A DNA stretch of 64,000 nt from an uncultured virus (IMG/VR IMGVR_UViG_3300000304_000066) (IMGVR_UViG_3300000304_000066), one strand, 5' to 3'. Shown: positions 1 through 11,040, counted from the stretch's first letter. The notes: generated from the letters alone by a model not told the origin. Translations and numbers: made by a program.

Positions 1-2020
1 AAATTCTTTGACTTTATTCAATCACTTGCTACTACGGGGGATTCTTATGTACCTGACAGATTTAAATTAAATGGTAGACTACCCGGTATGTCTAAAATGC
101 TATCAGAAAGATTAACTTCTACAGGTATTACTCAGAATATAATAGAAGGTATCAAAAAAGAATTCACTATACGTGCTGATGATACCGATAGAGGTTTACA
201 AATGACAGATGAATTGGATAGACCTATCAAGTTTGTACCTATATATTTTACCAATACTTTGGATAATAATGAACAATCATTAGATATTGCTACGATATAT
301 AAAGAATGGTTCAGATCAGTTAATAATTATAAATATATAAATGATATATTACCACAGTTAGAATATACTAAACATGTAATTGAGAATAGAAAGACTATTC
401 AAACTGATGACTTCGGCAATCCTATTAAAAACGTATTATCAAAAATAATGCACAATGGTGACAGTGATATAGATCCTACCACTAATGCATTAATTACCGA
501 TGAGAACTTAATAGCTCAAGTAAATATATGGTTTGACCAAGTGGTATATGGTATATCTACTAGGGATTTAGGTTCATATAGGGGTATAGATTATGCTAAA
601 TTATTAGATTTGTTTTCAAAGTATACCTCGTTAAAGGTAATGGCAGTAAACACCGTAAGTATGGTCAATAACGCATTAGTAGCAGAAATTCAACAAGCAG
701 AAGAGGCTTTTGCCGGTCAATATGTATCAGCTAAATCTTATTCTGAAGCATCTGCTGAATACTTTAGGGATATGCCAAATATATTAGCTGATGTAGGTTC
801 TAGAAAAATAACTAGTCTTACTAATTTATTAAATGAACATTTTGGTGTATTTGTAGAATTTAATGCTGGTTCTATGTTGGATAATACTAAAGCTAAGAAA
901 TTATCCAGAGTATCTACAATGTATTTTACTACTAATTTAGGTGAACATGAAGCACAATCTAGATTCCTTATCGCATGTTTAAAGGAAAAGAGAGCTTTAG
1001 ATAAAGATGGTAATGATATAGGCTCAATGTACGATTACTTTACTGTGGAAAATGACGAATTAGTATTTGATAAGGAACACAAAGTAGCTAATTTTAGTAG
1101 AGAGGATCAAATAGCATTTGGTCAACAAGTTACGGCGATACTTAGGAAAATGCACGGTAACTATGCTCCATATAGTAAAGTAGCATTACAACAATATGGA
1201 TTTGGTCGCTTAGCATTGATGTTTCGTAAGTGGATATTTACTTCCTTTAAACGAAGGATGGGTAGTAAATACTATGATGAATATGGTCAGACATTTAGTA
1301 AAGGATTTTATAGAGATGGTGGTGCATTTTACTATAATAAAGTAAGAAGTTTCTTTGAGCGTTTTAAAGATGAAGCAAAGGCATTAGAATTCGCAGAAAA
1401 AGCTGATTGGAATACTATGACTGAGTCCGNNNNNNNNNNNNNNNNNNNNNNNNNNNNNNNNNNNNNNNNNNNNNNNNNNNNNNNNNNNNNNNNNNNNNNN
1501 NNNNNNNNNNNNNNNNNNNNNNNNNNNNNNNNNNNNNATTTACTACTGAAATGTCTGTATTGATTAGTAGTATTGCTCTTCAGGCAATAGTTGGAGCTGC
1601 GTTGGATGCTGATGATGATGACGATGATTTGTCAACATTAGCATTAATGCATTTGGATTATCAACTTTATCGACTTTCCACAGATATAAGTTTCTATTTC
1701 AATCCTGCTTCGTTTATGAAGATAGTACAATCACCTATACCTTCTAGTAGNNNNNNNNNNNNNNNNNNNNNNNNNNNNNNNNNNNNNNNNNNNNNNNNNN
1801 NNNNNNNNNNNNNNNNNNNNNNNNNNNNNNNNNNNNNNNNNNNNNNNNNNNATCTAATTTCTTAAAATCTTGTTTACAGCCATTTGAGAAGTTTGAAAAA
1901 GGTGATTGGAAAGGTGAATATAAGATTAAAAAACGTGCACTAGATTTATTGCCTATAGTAAGACAAATTTACAGATTACGTAATATTGAGGATGAGAAAC
2001 AATTATTAAGTATTATATAA
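1..2020 (+). CDS. 3' end of a very large virion (cargo/ejection, RNAP-associated-type) protein; one gene broken by two N-gaps
   Basis: Frame is open from base 1. ORF pieces 88-1563, 1551-1865 and a final piece ending TAA at 2018-2020 are separated only by N-gaps. It converges on a terminator. The product is inferred from position in crAss-like genomes. Confidence 0.55.
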
Positions 2021-2067
2021 TTAAACACTTCATTGCCCGGTTTTAGAAACCGAACATATACAAAAAC

Positions 2068-2100
2068 AAAAGGGGAATGCATTAACATTCCCCTTTTTCA
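2068..2100. terminator. bidirectional rho-independent terminator
   Basis: aaaAGGGGAATG-cattaa-CATTCCCCTtttt hairpin with A and T tails between convergent genes. Confidence 0.85.
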
Positions 2101-2116
2101 TTTTGTTGTTGTTCAT

Positions 2117-2590
2117 TTAAAAATTTATTATGTCTCTATCATCAAAACGATATAATAAATTCCTTTTATTTGGTAGTATATTTAAATTTGGTGATTGCAT
2201 TAATACACTACTATAAAATGTAGGATTATTAGATTTAGATATTATTCTAAATCTTGCTTCACTACTTATATCTTTGAACTTTCCTCTTAACATTAATTCT
2301 CTATCATATTTAAATTTATCCGGTATATCCAGAGTAAGTAACAAAAACATATTGTCGTCTTTATTTATGAATTCATGAGAACTCTGCATAGGAAAGTTTA
2401 TATTTTCTAATTTGTGTTTATTTAATACTTTATATAATACATATGTTTTATCAGTTACATTTGTATTATTGTGCCATATGAAACACCCTAAATGTTCTAC
2501 GGTATCATTACTTGTGGTAAAATCATAATCGTATAATGGCATTAAATACTTGTATGTATTATTATAAATCTTCTGATCCGTCAGTTTCAT
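2117..2590 (-). CDS. hypothetical protein
   Basis: 157-aa ORF, co-oriented with and overlapping the upstream gene. Confidence 0.7.
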   Translation of the reverse strand: MKLTDQKIYNNTYKYLMPLYDYDFTTSNDTVEHLGCFIWHNNTNVTDKTYVLYKVLNKHKLENINFPMQSSHEFINKDDNMFLLLTLDIPDKFKYDRELMLRGKFKDISSEARFRIISKSNNPTFYSSVLMQSPNLNILPNKRNLLYRFDDRDIINF

Positions 2591-3557
2591 AGTATTCTTT
2601 CATATGGTCCCATAGGCTATTATTTTTATGCCATGCTATTCTTTTAATAGCATAATCAATAGTATTTAATCTGTTTTCTATTGATTCTAAATCCATTTTA
2701 AATACTCTAACCTCGTAACCATCGTGGTTTTGTATAGCAATTATATATGTTTCATATGTATAATCTTCGAAATCTATATCTCTTTCATGTTTAAGATACC
2801 AATGAATAGCTAACCAATAGTAAGCTAATTGTCTATAGTAATCGAATTCTTCTACAGAATGTTTGAAATCATATACATTTGCTGTTGTCTTAATATCAAT
2901 TAAGATTATCTTCTTATTTTTAGTGTCAATCATTATTCTATCTAATAACGATTTACAAGATAAGTCTCCAAACTCTGAAGCATTAGGATATTCCCAATTA
3001 ATGTGAAATTCATTATGTACTTCAAATGATTTATCATAATCGAATAACAATTCGTTTGCTTTTTTGTGTTCTTGTAGATTTTGCTTTATTTGTTTAAGCA
3101 TTTGTAAATTAGCAAAAGATATTACTTTTTTAGAATCTTTATTTTTATAATATTCTAAATAATTATTATATTTTTCAACTATCTTTTTAGCTTCTTGTAT
3201 CTTTCTCTCTTTAGATTTATTACTAACATACACAAGTTCATAACACATAAGTAATAAATCTTCTTCTGAAGATAGTGGATTTTCTAATTTTGCTCTTGAA
3301 TAATATTTTAATAATTCTTTTTGTTGTTGTGTTTTAGGAGTTTCAAAATCAAGAATTATATAATCTTTCCAGAATTCATCTGGTTGTAATATGTATTCAT
3401 GAATCATACTTCCTTTTTCTAGTTGAGGTAATTTTAATCCCTCTTCTTTTCCGTCTAACATATCTTTCAAATATCGGGGTCCCTTTTTAAGGAACCACCC
3501 GATATTTGAGTTAGAAATACGACTGTTATCTTCGTAATATGGTATTTCTATGTTCAT
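2562..3557 (-). CDS. PD-(D/E)XK exonuclease (RecE/ExoVIII-like)
   Basis: GSMIHEYIL, CKSLLDRI, IDIKTT and YYRQLAYY motifs. Confidence 0.85.
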   Translation of the reverse strand: MNIEIPYYEDNSRISNSNIGWFLKKGPRYLKDMLDGKEEGLKLPQLEKGSMIHEYILQPDEFWKDYIILDFETPKTQQQKELLKYYSRAKLENPLSSEEDLLLMCYELVYVSNKSKERKIQEAKKIVEKYNNYLEYYKNKDSKKVISFANLQMLKQIKQNLQEHKKANELLFDYDKSFEVHNEFHINWEYPNASEFGDLSCKSLLDRIMIDTKNKKIILIDIKTTANVYDFKHSVEEFDYYRQLAYYWLAIHWYLKHERDIDFEDYTYETYIIAIQNHDGYEVRVFKMDLESIENRLNTIDYAIKRIAWHKNNSLWDHMKEYYETDGSEDL

Positions 3558-3560
3558 AGC

Positions 3561-3707
3561 TTAAATATTTACTGTATCGTCCTCTGGATATATAATAACG
3601 TCAACCGTATCATCTTCCGATTTAGTTTCTACAATATTAATTGTATCTTCACTCTCGTTAGCCTTCCAAATTCTGAACATCTTCTCTTTAAGCGTTTCTT
3701 TCTTCAT
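3561..3707 (-). CDS. small acidic hypothetical protein (48 aa), not in ORF track
   Basis: MKKETLKEKMFRIWKANESEDT...VNI*; fills the intergenic gap exactly. Confidence 0.6.
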   Translation of the reverse strand: MKKETLKEKMFRIWKANESEDTINIVETKSEDDTVDVIIYPEDDTVNI

Positions 3708-3724
3708 AATTGTAATAATTTAAG

Positions 3725-4414
3725 TTATAATTCAATTGTTAAGGGTTGGTAAGCGATAGAATAAGATTCATCTAATATACTAACGTTAGCACATTTAATT
3801 CCTTCTATCTCTTTTAATTCATGGTCTCCTGAATGAATATGACCACATAATACATACTTAGGATTCTTTTTACGTATTTCTTTTCCTAACGTATAATTAT
3901 GTGCAGGTATCTTTAATTCACCATTATCTAACGGTTCATCATAATGTATATACCCTATTTCTCCTAAATCAGGAGCATCATGTAACATAAGAATATCTAC
4001 ATCTTCTGGTATATTTTCATAGTAATGATTTAATACACTATCTCCTGGCATATATGCCCAATTACCGAATGTTTTACATTGTGGAGTAGCATATATTTTA
4101 TACCATCTATTATCATTACTAGAATAGATATTAGCTTCACCGTCTATGAGAATAGTTAATTTATCCCATAAATACATTGTAGGTTCGTGAATAAATTTCT
4201 CAAACCAGAAGTCATGATTTCCTGGAGTCATAATTACTCTATCACAAGGAAGATTCATTATCCATTCATAAAACTCATTAAAGAACCATTTGGTCATTTG
4301 TATATAATCTTTTTGTATATCTAATGGTGAAACATCACCACATATCAAAAGTATGTCACATGGTTCTATATCAATAAGATTTCCATGAATATCACTTATT
4401 GCGGTTATTTTCAT
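3725..4414 (-). CDS. calcineurin-like metallophosphoesterase
   Basis: SDIHG, CGD, PGNHD and GHIH motifs. Confidence 0.9.
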   Translation of the reverse strand: MKITAISDIHGNLIDIEPCDILLICGDVSPLDIQKDYIQMTKWFFNEFYEWIMNLPCDRVIMTPGNHDFWFEKFIHEPTMYLWDKLTILIDGEANIYSSNDNRWYKIYATPQCKTFGNWAYMPGDSVLNHYYENIPEDVDILMLHDAPDLGEIGYIHYDEPLDNGELKIPAHNYTLGKEIRKKNPKYVLCGHIHSGDHELKEIEGIKCANVSILDESYSIAYQPLTIEL

Positions 4415-4682
4415 CTTTCTTTAATATTTTATTACATTCATCTCGTAATGCTTCTATAAACGCTATACAGTCATGTCCTTCAAATTGTTTTATAAATTGT
4501 TCTGCACTTGTTTTATAAGCATTGAACATATCTATTTCATAATTATCGTGATCAGATAAGATAATATCTTCTTCAAGTGGATAATTAATATCTTTAGTAA
4601 AAATATGAAGTAATATTGCTGTATTTCTATTTATTAGAATAAAGTCACGTTTATAGTTCTTGAATTCGTCTAATACATTCAT
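4392..4682 (-). CDS. hypothetical protein
   Basis: 96-aa ORF with overlapping, operon-like packing. Confidence 0.65.
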   Translation of the reverse strand: MNVLDEFKNYKRDFILINRNTAILLHIFTKDINYPLEEDIILSDHDNYEIDMFNAYKTSAEQFIKQFEGHDCIAFIEALRDECNKILKKDENNRNK

Positions 4683-6006
4683 CAGTTTCTTTATGATTGT
4701 GTACTACAAATAATTTATATTTTTCAGCTAGACCTTTATTTAATAATGACCACATAAACCATTTCCATTTATAAGGAACAATTTATCTGCAATTTCATTT
4801 TGTTATAGTTGCAGTTTGGACTATATCATCAATAACATATGTTATTGTCGGGCGCTAATGATTGATTATTGTTAAGCTCACAATCTAGTCTCTGAACCTT
4901 TATAGATCCCTTATCTTAATCTATACTTGGCTGCTGATTGACCTCTTCAGGTTTTTCCAGCAATTCACCCGATTTTAAATGTGCTTCCTTTAAAATACAC
5001 CATTTCCAACCTCTATATATTTTATCTTTATGAGATAATGCATAATATGCTCCATTTTTGTTAGAATTATAATTACCATTTGTAAATTTAATAGCATCTG
5101 CAATAGAGAAAAATAAATGTTTTTCTGTATCATTGTATAAACACACTTGAATTTTATTTTTAGGTAAAGGCGGTTTCCAGTTTTTTCCTGGATTTTTTAA
5201 ATAAATATAATATTCTTTACATTCCATTTTACTATGGATTGCTTTGTTTATATTATCTATAGAAGTATTCAGAAATTTTGCAACTTCTCTTGTAGATTCA
5301 AAATGAAATATATTTCTAGAATATTTATTTATTATCCAAATATCTCTAAATTTACAAATTTTTTCTGTAACTTTAAATTTATTTAAAAGTTTATTACCTT
5401 TTTCTAAAAAATAATTAATCCAATATTGTTCTCTTTCATTTGCTTTGTTATTTGTTACAATTTCTATTTCTTCAATAATAGGAATTAATTCTAAATTATA
5501 TAATTCTATTATCCATTCACATTTTGGTAAATTATATCGCATATAAATTGCATCTTGTATATGAGACGATAATCTTCCTCTTAAATTACATTTAGTTTGA
5601 CCTACGTATTTAATAGAATTGTCTCTTGGATCTTTTAGTACATAAATTTTTTTCATATTATATTTTTTGTACTAAAACGTAGAGGTTGATAAAATGTTAT
5701 ATAAATTGTATAAAACACATCATTAGGTTTTCCTTTAGCTTCGATAATGAAGTTATCTCCAACAAAATCTGGAGTATACGTCATAGCACGTATTTTCTTA
5801 CCACAAAAAGTAAATGCCGGTATTAATTCAAATTTAATAGGCTCATATTCTGCTTTAAGATTATGAGCCTTTAATTGTTTATAAACATAAGTTTCTAACT
5901 TACTTTTAAATGTTATACCGTCATATACATTTTCTGTAGCATTACGTACTTTCTTATTTTCCTTCTTTTTTCTGGTTATTCTTTTTTTCACTGATCCATT
6001 TATCAA
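4651..6006 (-). CDS. intron-split PD-(D/E)XK endonuclease (DUF1064/T7 endonuclease I-like); exon 1 6006-5715, exon 2 4778-4651
   Basis: FKSKLE, YTPDF and IIEAKG in exon 1. Splicing gives ...GKPNDVF-PYKWKWFMWSLLN...CIRRIQEL*. Confidence 0.85.
4779..5714 (-). mobile_element. group I intron with homing endonuclease gene in the P1 loop
   Basis: P AAUUGCUGGAAA, Q AAUCAGCAGCC, R GUUCAGAGACUAG, S GAUAUAGUCC. The 5' exon ends in U and the intron ends in G. IGS is AAGGAAGCACAU at 4990-4979. Confidence 0.92.
4916..5656 (-). CDS. GIY-YIG homing endonuclease with NUMOD-like C-terminal repeats
   Basis: KIYVLKDPRDNSIKYVGQT...RLSSH...EREQYWI; lies inside a group I intron. Confidence 0.88.
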   Translation of the reverse strand: MKKIYVLKDPRDNSIKYVGQTKCNLRGRLSSHIQDAIYMRYNLPKCEWIIELYNLELIPIIEEIEIVTNNKANEREQYWINYFLEKGNKLLNKFKVTEKICKFRDIWIINKYSRNIFHFESTREVAKFLNTSIDNINKAIHSKMECKEYYIYLKNPGKNWKPPLPKNKIQVCLYNDTEKHLFFSIADAIKFTNGNYNSNKNGAYYALSHKDKIYRGWKWCILKEAHLKSGELLEKPEEVNQQPSID

Positions 6007-6106
6007 TATCGTTAATAATAAAGTCAGTTATTCTTCCCAATAAATACCCTGTATAAACAATCAATACAAGATACATTGTATCATACGTTGTTAAATTTTC
6101 TAGCAT
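5954..6106 (-). CDS. small membrane protein (50 aa), not in ORF track
   Basis: MLENLTTYDTMYLVLIVYTGYLLGRITD...; one hydrophobic helix and a basic tail. Confidence 0.5.
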   Translation of the reverse strand: MLENLTTYDTMYLVLIVYTGYLLGRITDFIINDIDKWISEKKNNQKKEGK

Positions 6107-6665
6107 CTTCTTTCTGTTTTATATGTTTTGCTAACTTTTCTAATGAAACAAGATTATAATTTGCTAATTCAGAATCTATACCAACATCAAATCTTAAATC
6201 ATTGGATTCTTTATTAATCTCATCAACTTTTCCATGACAGTGCCCGTGTACCATAATAGATCCTTTGTGCGCATGTTCCCAAGTAAGCATTGGAAAATGA
6301 CACATAATTACTTCAAGATCTCTATGTAAGAAATTGTATATTGATTTCTTAAAAGTTATATTTTTTATCTGAGTGATATGATTAAAATAACATTTTAAAT
6401 GATCTGGTATTTTATCATGATTACCTAAGATAAGAACTTTATTACCATTTAATCTTTGAAATAATTTTCGTTTATCTTCAACAGTACCAAACGATAGATC
6501 TCCTAGAATATATACTGTATCTTTCTTATCTACTCTAGAATTCCATAATTCTATCATTTTTTCTTTAGCTTTTTCAACAGTATCTCCAAATATCTCTTTA
6601 CGTTTTGGATGAAACTCTAATATTCTGTCATGAAAGAAATGTAAATCTGAAGTAAACCAAATCAT
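6081..6665 (-). CDS. metallophosphoesterase
   Basis: TSDLHFFH, LGD, LGNHD, CHFP and HGHCH motifs. Confidence 0.9.
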   Translation of the reverse strand: MIWFTSDLHFFHDRILEFHPKRKEIFGDTVEKAKEKMIELWNSRVDKKDTVYILGDLSFGTVEDKRKLFQRLNGNKVLILGNHDKIPDHLKCYFNHITQIKNITFKKSIYNFLHRDLEVIMCHFPMLTWEHAHKGSIMVHGHCHGKVDEINKESNDLRFDVGIDSELANYNLVSLEKLAKHIKQKEDARKFNNV

Positions 6666-7631
6666 TTATATTGTTTTATTTAACCATTGTTTTACTGTTT
6701 TAAATCCATTATTCTTTACTGCATCAGAAATATCCTTACTATTGAATTTCTTATGCACCAGAAACCCTTTTAAGCCTGTTTTTTGGCTTATTTTACGCAT
6801 ATTTCTTACTCCACTGGAATCTCTATCAAAACATATTAAAATACGCTTAAAACGAGTTTTTAGCAGGTCTAATACCTCTGGAGATATGAATGTACTTTCT
6901 GATGATGGAGATATTGCACTATAACCCATTTCATATAAGCACATAACATCTTTTAAAGATTTAGTTATGATCAATAATTCACCTTTTTCTGGTAATTGCT
7001 CATAACCTTGTATATCATATGACTCTAAATTATTTCTCCATTTTGTATACTTATCTGCTAAAGGTCTATAAATCTTAAAATGTTCATAAACCTTATATGC
7101 GTACATAGGATTTGTATCTTTATATATTCCTTTTACAATTCCGTTACATAAGTAATACTTTATACTAGATACTTTAAATTTTTCTAAAGTCTTTAGAGTA
7201 ATCCCAAATTGAGACCAGTATTGTTTGTCAATATCAGTCCAACTTTGTCTAACAACACCTATTACTGTTTCACTAGGTCTTTGTATTTCTTTTGTACTAT
7301 GCAATACAGTATTATTTGTAATTTGCATATCTTTTATTATTTGATTTAAAAGATCATTATAATTTGTAATACCAGTGTATAATTCAACAAATTTAATTAG
7401 ATCACCACATTCACCAGTACCATGATCTTTAAACAATAATTTATTACTCTTTTTACTATAGAAAATTCCAAAAGAGGGATTCTTGTCTTTTCTAAATGGA
7501 CTATTATAAATAGCACCAACTTTGAATTGACCTAAATACCTAGCATAAATATCATATTCTGTAACTTTAGATAGAATATATTCTAAAGTAATAGGATTAT
7601 TCTGTTTTTTAATTCTCTTTGAGTCATACAT
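6666..7631 (-). CDS. DNA primase (TOPRIM)
   Basis: SPFRKDKNPSF N-terminal motif; TKSLKDVM, CFDRD and KDISD TOPRIM motifs. Confidence 0.85.
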   Translation of the reverse strand: MYDSKRIKKQNNPITLEYILSKVTEYDIYARYLGQFKVGAIYNSPFRKDKNPSFGIFYSKKSNKLLFKDHGTGECGDLIKFVELYTGITNYNDLLNQIIKDMQITNNTVLHSTKEIQRPSETVIGVVRQSWTDIDKQYWSQFGITLKTLEKFKVSSIKYYLCNGIVKGIYKDTNPMYAYKVYEHFKIYRPLADKYTKWRNNLESYDIQGYEQLPEKGELLIITKSLKDVMCLYEMGYSAISPSSESTFISPEVLDLLKTRFKRILICFDRDSSGVRNMRKISQKTGLKGFLVHKKFNSKDISDAVKNNGFKTVKQWLNKTI

Positions 7632-7653
7632 ATGATATAGATTTGTAATAAGT

Positions 7654-7692
7654 GCGATTAGGGGAATCGAACCCCTAGATAACCATTATCGC
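7654..7692 (-). ncRNA. tRNA-like minihelix (T-arm plus closing stem)
   Basis: GCGAU...UAGGGG-UUCGAUU-CCCCUA-AUCGC; no D or anticodon arm. Confidence 0.5.
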
Positions 7693-7807
7693 TCCACCTT
7701 TACAATACCCCCTGTGTGGTCAGTGCTGGCCTACGTTCCAGTTCCTTAGTATGCTTGTATCAGAGGCCTAGGAAGTCTTCGTTCTATCGATCGAATAGCT
7801 CATATTT

Positions 7808-8428
7808 TTAAAATGGCAAATCACTAGGATTGTCATTTACTGTATTATCCAGTGTACCATTCATTACTGTAAATGGATTTGGATTCGATTGTTCAGTATC
7901 TGCAATGATAGGTTTCTCAAACTTGTCAATACCTAATTGAACAATTACTGATTTACCCTCTTCAACTACTGACATCGGTTCAATAAATCTATATTTTGCA
8001 TACTTAGGTAATGTAACATATCCATTGTTATTATAAACAGCTTTAATACGCAATAATTTAGATTTATCTGCTTTGTTAAGCATCTCAGCAACCCAATTGA
8101 TAAAGTCTCTAAAGCTTTCGCCATTAAAGGTTCTATCTTCAGGATTAGGATAATAACATTCTAGAATTTGATCAATTCTAGAGAATTGATTATCACATTT
8201 GTTTTGTAAATCTTCATCTGTCATTGTAGGAGTCTTAGATGGTTCCCATTCTGTATGGGTCATAAATTTACCATCTTTAGCTATAAACTTAAATTCGATA
8301 AAATTATTACCATTGATAGACTTATCAACTCTGACAGAATCTAATACTACATTGTTATGAATACCTGCTCCTAAATATGCTACATCTTTCTTTTGGATAG
8401 CTTGTGCTCTTTGTGAACTGTAAATCAT
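7808..8428 (-). CDS. single-stranded DNA-binding protein
   Basis: Acidic tail ending DLPF; adjacent to a Sak4-like ATPase. Confidence 0.7.
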   Translation of the reverse strand: MIYSSQRAQAIQKKDVAYLGAGIHNNVVLDSVRVDKSINGNNFIEFKFIAKDGKFMTHTEWEPSKTPTMTDEDLQNKCDNQFSRIDQILECYYPNPEDRTFNGESFRDFINWVAEMLNKADKSKLLRIKAVYNNNGYVTLPKYAKYRFIEPMSVVEEGKSVIVQLGIDKFEKPIIADTEQSNPNPFTVMNGTLDNTVNDNPSDLPF

Positions 8429-8450
8429 CTTCTTCTATTTTTGGTTAAAA

Positions 8451-9191
8451 TTAATTTGGCAAATATATCTTATCCCAATGAAATGTGAGATTTTTATTCT
8501 CATCACTCTCTGCTAAAACAATTCTTTGTTCTCTTAAATGAGGTGCTCTAGCTCCTTTGGTAGTATCATCACCACTATCGAAATTAACAATAGTTTGGTT
8601 TCCTTTACGATACATAAAACCAACAGCATCTGCTTCACCACAAATAATATCTCCTAGTTTACCTACTAAATCTAAAGACATTTCAGTCATGTCCTCTCCG
8701 TTCTTATTAATTAATTTATCTTTAGTATGACCAATTAAAATAAGATTTTCAGTAAGTTCTTTGAACATATCTATCACTTTCCTTACGGCTAAGCGAATAT
8801 ATTGATATCCTGCTCCTTGAGGCAATAATCTAACATCATTACCTTGCCAGGATTTACCTTGTGGTTGCTGCTTATATAATGTAGCTGCATAAGGTAAACA
8901 AATTTCTTCTAATCGTGTAGCATTATCCAAAGTAATATACTTATACGGATTTACTCCGGTTTCTTTAATCTTAGTTCTAATTGCATTAGCTATATCAGCT
9001 AAGTCATTTACTGATCTAGCTTGAATAGATAAACAATCTAAGAACTCAGAACCGCCTTCTAAATCAATAATTAAATTATTGTCTAGAGCTGCTACACAAC
9101 TTGTTTTACCAGTTTTGGGACGTCCGTAGATTATTAAAAATCTAGGATTATTTACTTTTGCCTTTACTTTTTCAGTAGGTAATACTATCAT
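8451..9191 (-). CDS. Sak4-like AAA ATPase / recombinase
   Basis: YGRPKTGKT Walker A, IDLEGGS, ITLDN, LIGH. Confidence 0.85.
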   Translation of the reverse strand: MIVLPTEKVKAKVNNPRFLIIYGRPKTGKTSCVAALDNNLIIDLEGGSEFLDCLSIQARSVNDLADIANAIRTKIKETGVNPYKYITLDNATRLEEICLPYAATLYKQQPQGKSWQGNDVRLLPQGAGYQYIRLAVRKVIDMFKELTENLILIGHTKDKLINKNGEDMTEMSLDLVGKLGDIICGEADAVGFMYRKGNQTIVNFDSGDDTTKGARAPHLREQRIVLAESDENKNLTFHWDKIYLPN

Positions 9192-9278
9192 AATTTCTAA
9201 TTTTACTTACTTTCCAGAAATATGAAAGAATTTGGCACAGTTCGATAATATCTGATAGATTCTGAAAAGATTGGTTAA

Positions 9279-9773
9279 TTACGCTGCAATTTCAATTGAA
9301 TTAATATTCATAGAAATATTATACAGAATAATACGCTCTTTCTTGGAAAGACTATCGAAAAACTTCGAAGTCGTAAACTTCGGAATAATCTTAGATCCTA
9401 CCTGAATATAATTACCATGAATCTTTACCGGAATACCACCAATCTTAAAGTCATAAGACGGATGATCTGTATAATAAATATAATCATACAATCGAGAAGC
9501 TGCTTTATTCCACTCTAGATTTAATGCTTCTGAAGTAATATTTAAAAGCATATAAGAATCGATTGGTAAATTATCAATAGTAATTACATCATTATTCTCT
9601 TTCTTTGTCCACGGGAAGATAGAGCGGATCTTACTCAGAATAGATGAAGTATAATCTGTACTCTTACTAGAGTTATTCGTAAAATACTTACTCAAATTAA
9701 TTACATAATCAAGATTTTTGTTAGTTGCCGTATTATTATTTGTACTATTGAATTTATATGTCATATTCGCCAA
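9279..9773 (-). CDS. hypothetical protein, C-terminus ...EIAA
   Basis: 164-aa ORF. Confidence 0.65.
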   Translation of the reverse strand: MANMTYKFNSTNNNTATNKNLDYVINLSKYFTNNSSKSTDYTSSILSKIRSIFPWTKKENNDVITIDNLPIDSYMLLNITSEALNLEWNKAASRLYDYIYYTDHPSYDFKIGGIPVKIHGNYIQVGSKIIPKFTTSKFFDSLSKKERIILYNISMNINSIEIAA

Positions 9774-9803
9774 ATTTTAACCGTTAAAATAATAATCCTT
9801 ATC

Positions 9804-11040
9804 TTATACTTCAATTAGGTTGTTATATTTTAGGTCGTTTTCAAATTCAAGTATCGCTAACTCTCCTTCTCTTACTTTAAGAAAATGAAGATATATACGA
9901 TTTTGTACAGGTAGTCTTTGTGGACCATATGCAGTAATACCCAAAATTTCAGGTCGAGATAATACCACTATAACATCACTTCCTTGAAATACAGAATCAG
10001 ACGATGATAAATCACTTCGCATCGGGTAGTGACTCGATGGATTATTAATCCTATCAATACTTTCAATATTACGATTCATTTGAGATAATTGTATGATACT
10101 TGTAGTACCAACTTTTTTAAGTTTAATAAATACTTTTTCAAGTTCAGATATAATCATTCTTTCATCTTTATAATTATCACTACTAACTAATAAAGTATGA
10201 TCTAGAATAACTATTAACCATTTATCTTTAGCAATCGTTTCTTGAAAATAAACAATGGTATCTTCAATTCTTTGTACACTAGCTGCATTATCTACATAGT
10301 AGATAGGATAATCTTCGAAAGACTTTGCAGTTTTCTCAATAAGATTGAAATTATCTTTAGATATATCCTGTGATGCAGAGTATAATTGAGTAGTTGTTTG
10401 ATGCAACTTATTAGATAACTTTCTTCCTATTTGTGCACGGCTGAGCATTTCAAATGAGAAAGATAGTATAACCAATTGTCTGTTAGGATTAAGTTCAATT
10501 AAATCAGTTTCAAGCGTATTTACAAACGAAGATTTCGATTTTGTTATCGTTAGATTTTTTATTCTAACTTCTATAGATTTTATTCTCTATAGTCCTGCGT
10601 ACATTTTTATCCACTTATTTCAGTTGGGATATCGAACACTCTTGGAGATATTATATTTATTCAATCTCTACGCGATACGGTGATTATTAGCCTTTCGTAA
10701 TCTAATAATTTACCACGGGATTATCATTTCAGACTTCCCCGTTTTTGCTCGATTATAATTTATATTATTCCTAATATAAACGGCAATATTCTTTACGTAC
10801 TTTTTAATAAAAGTTTTAAGAATTGTAAATTTAATTACACTTACCTGTTCCTGATGCACCTGCAACAGTATAAACACAACCTGGTTCAATTCCACCACAA
10901 CACATATCATTGAATTTATTCCATCTTGTTTTAAGTGGTTCAATTTCATGAGTCATTCGTTTATAAATGTATTCTACAGCTTCATCAGTAGCTATAGAAA
11001 TATGTTTAAACGGTAGTGGATTAACGTAATTGAGTTCCAT
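9804..11040 (-). CDS. dnaB: DnaB-like replicative helicase, intron-split (exon 1 11040-10843, exon 2 10535-9804)
   Basis: Spliced Walker A GASGTG|KSSF; FSFEM, ILDH, LSQMNR and KVREG motifs. Confidence 0.9.
10536..10842 (-). mobile_element. ORF-less group I intron (307 nt)
   Basis: Exon ends GGU and intron ends G. IGS UUGCCGU at 10786-10780; P3 UCGAGCA/UGUUCGA; P4 ACGGG/CCCGU; P7 GCGUA (10673-10669)/UACGC (10601-10597). Confidence 0.9.

Noticed and set aside
10710..10949. 79-aa minus-strand ORF as an intron-encoded protein
   Set aside because: It overlaps helicase exon 1 out of frame and has no nuclease motif.
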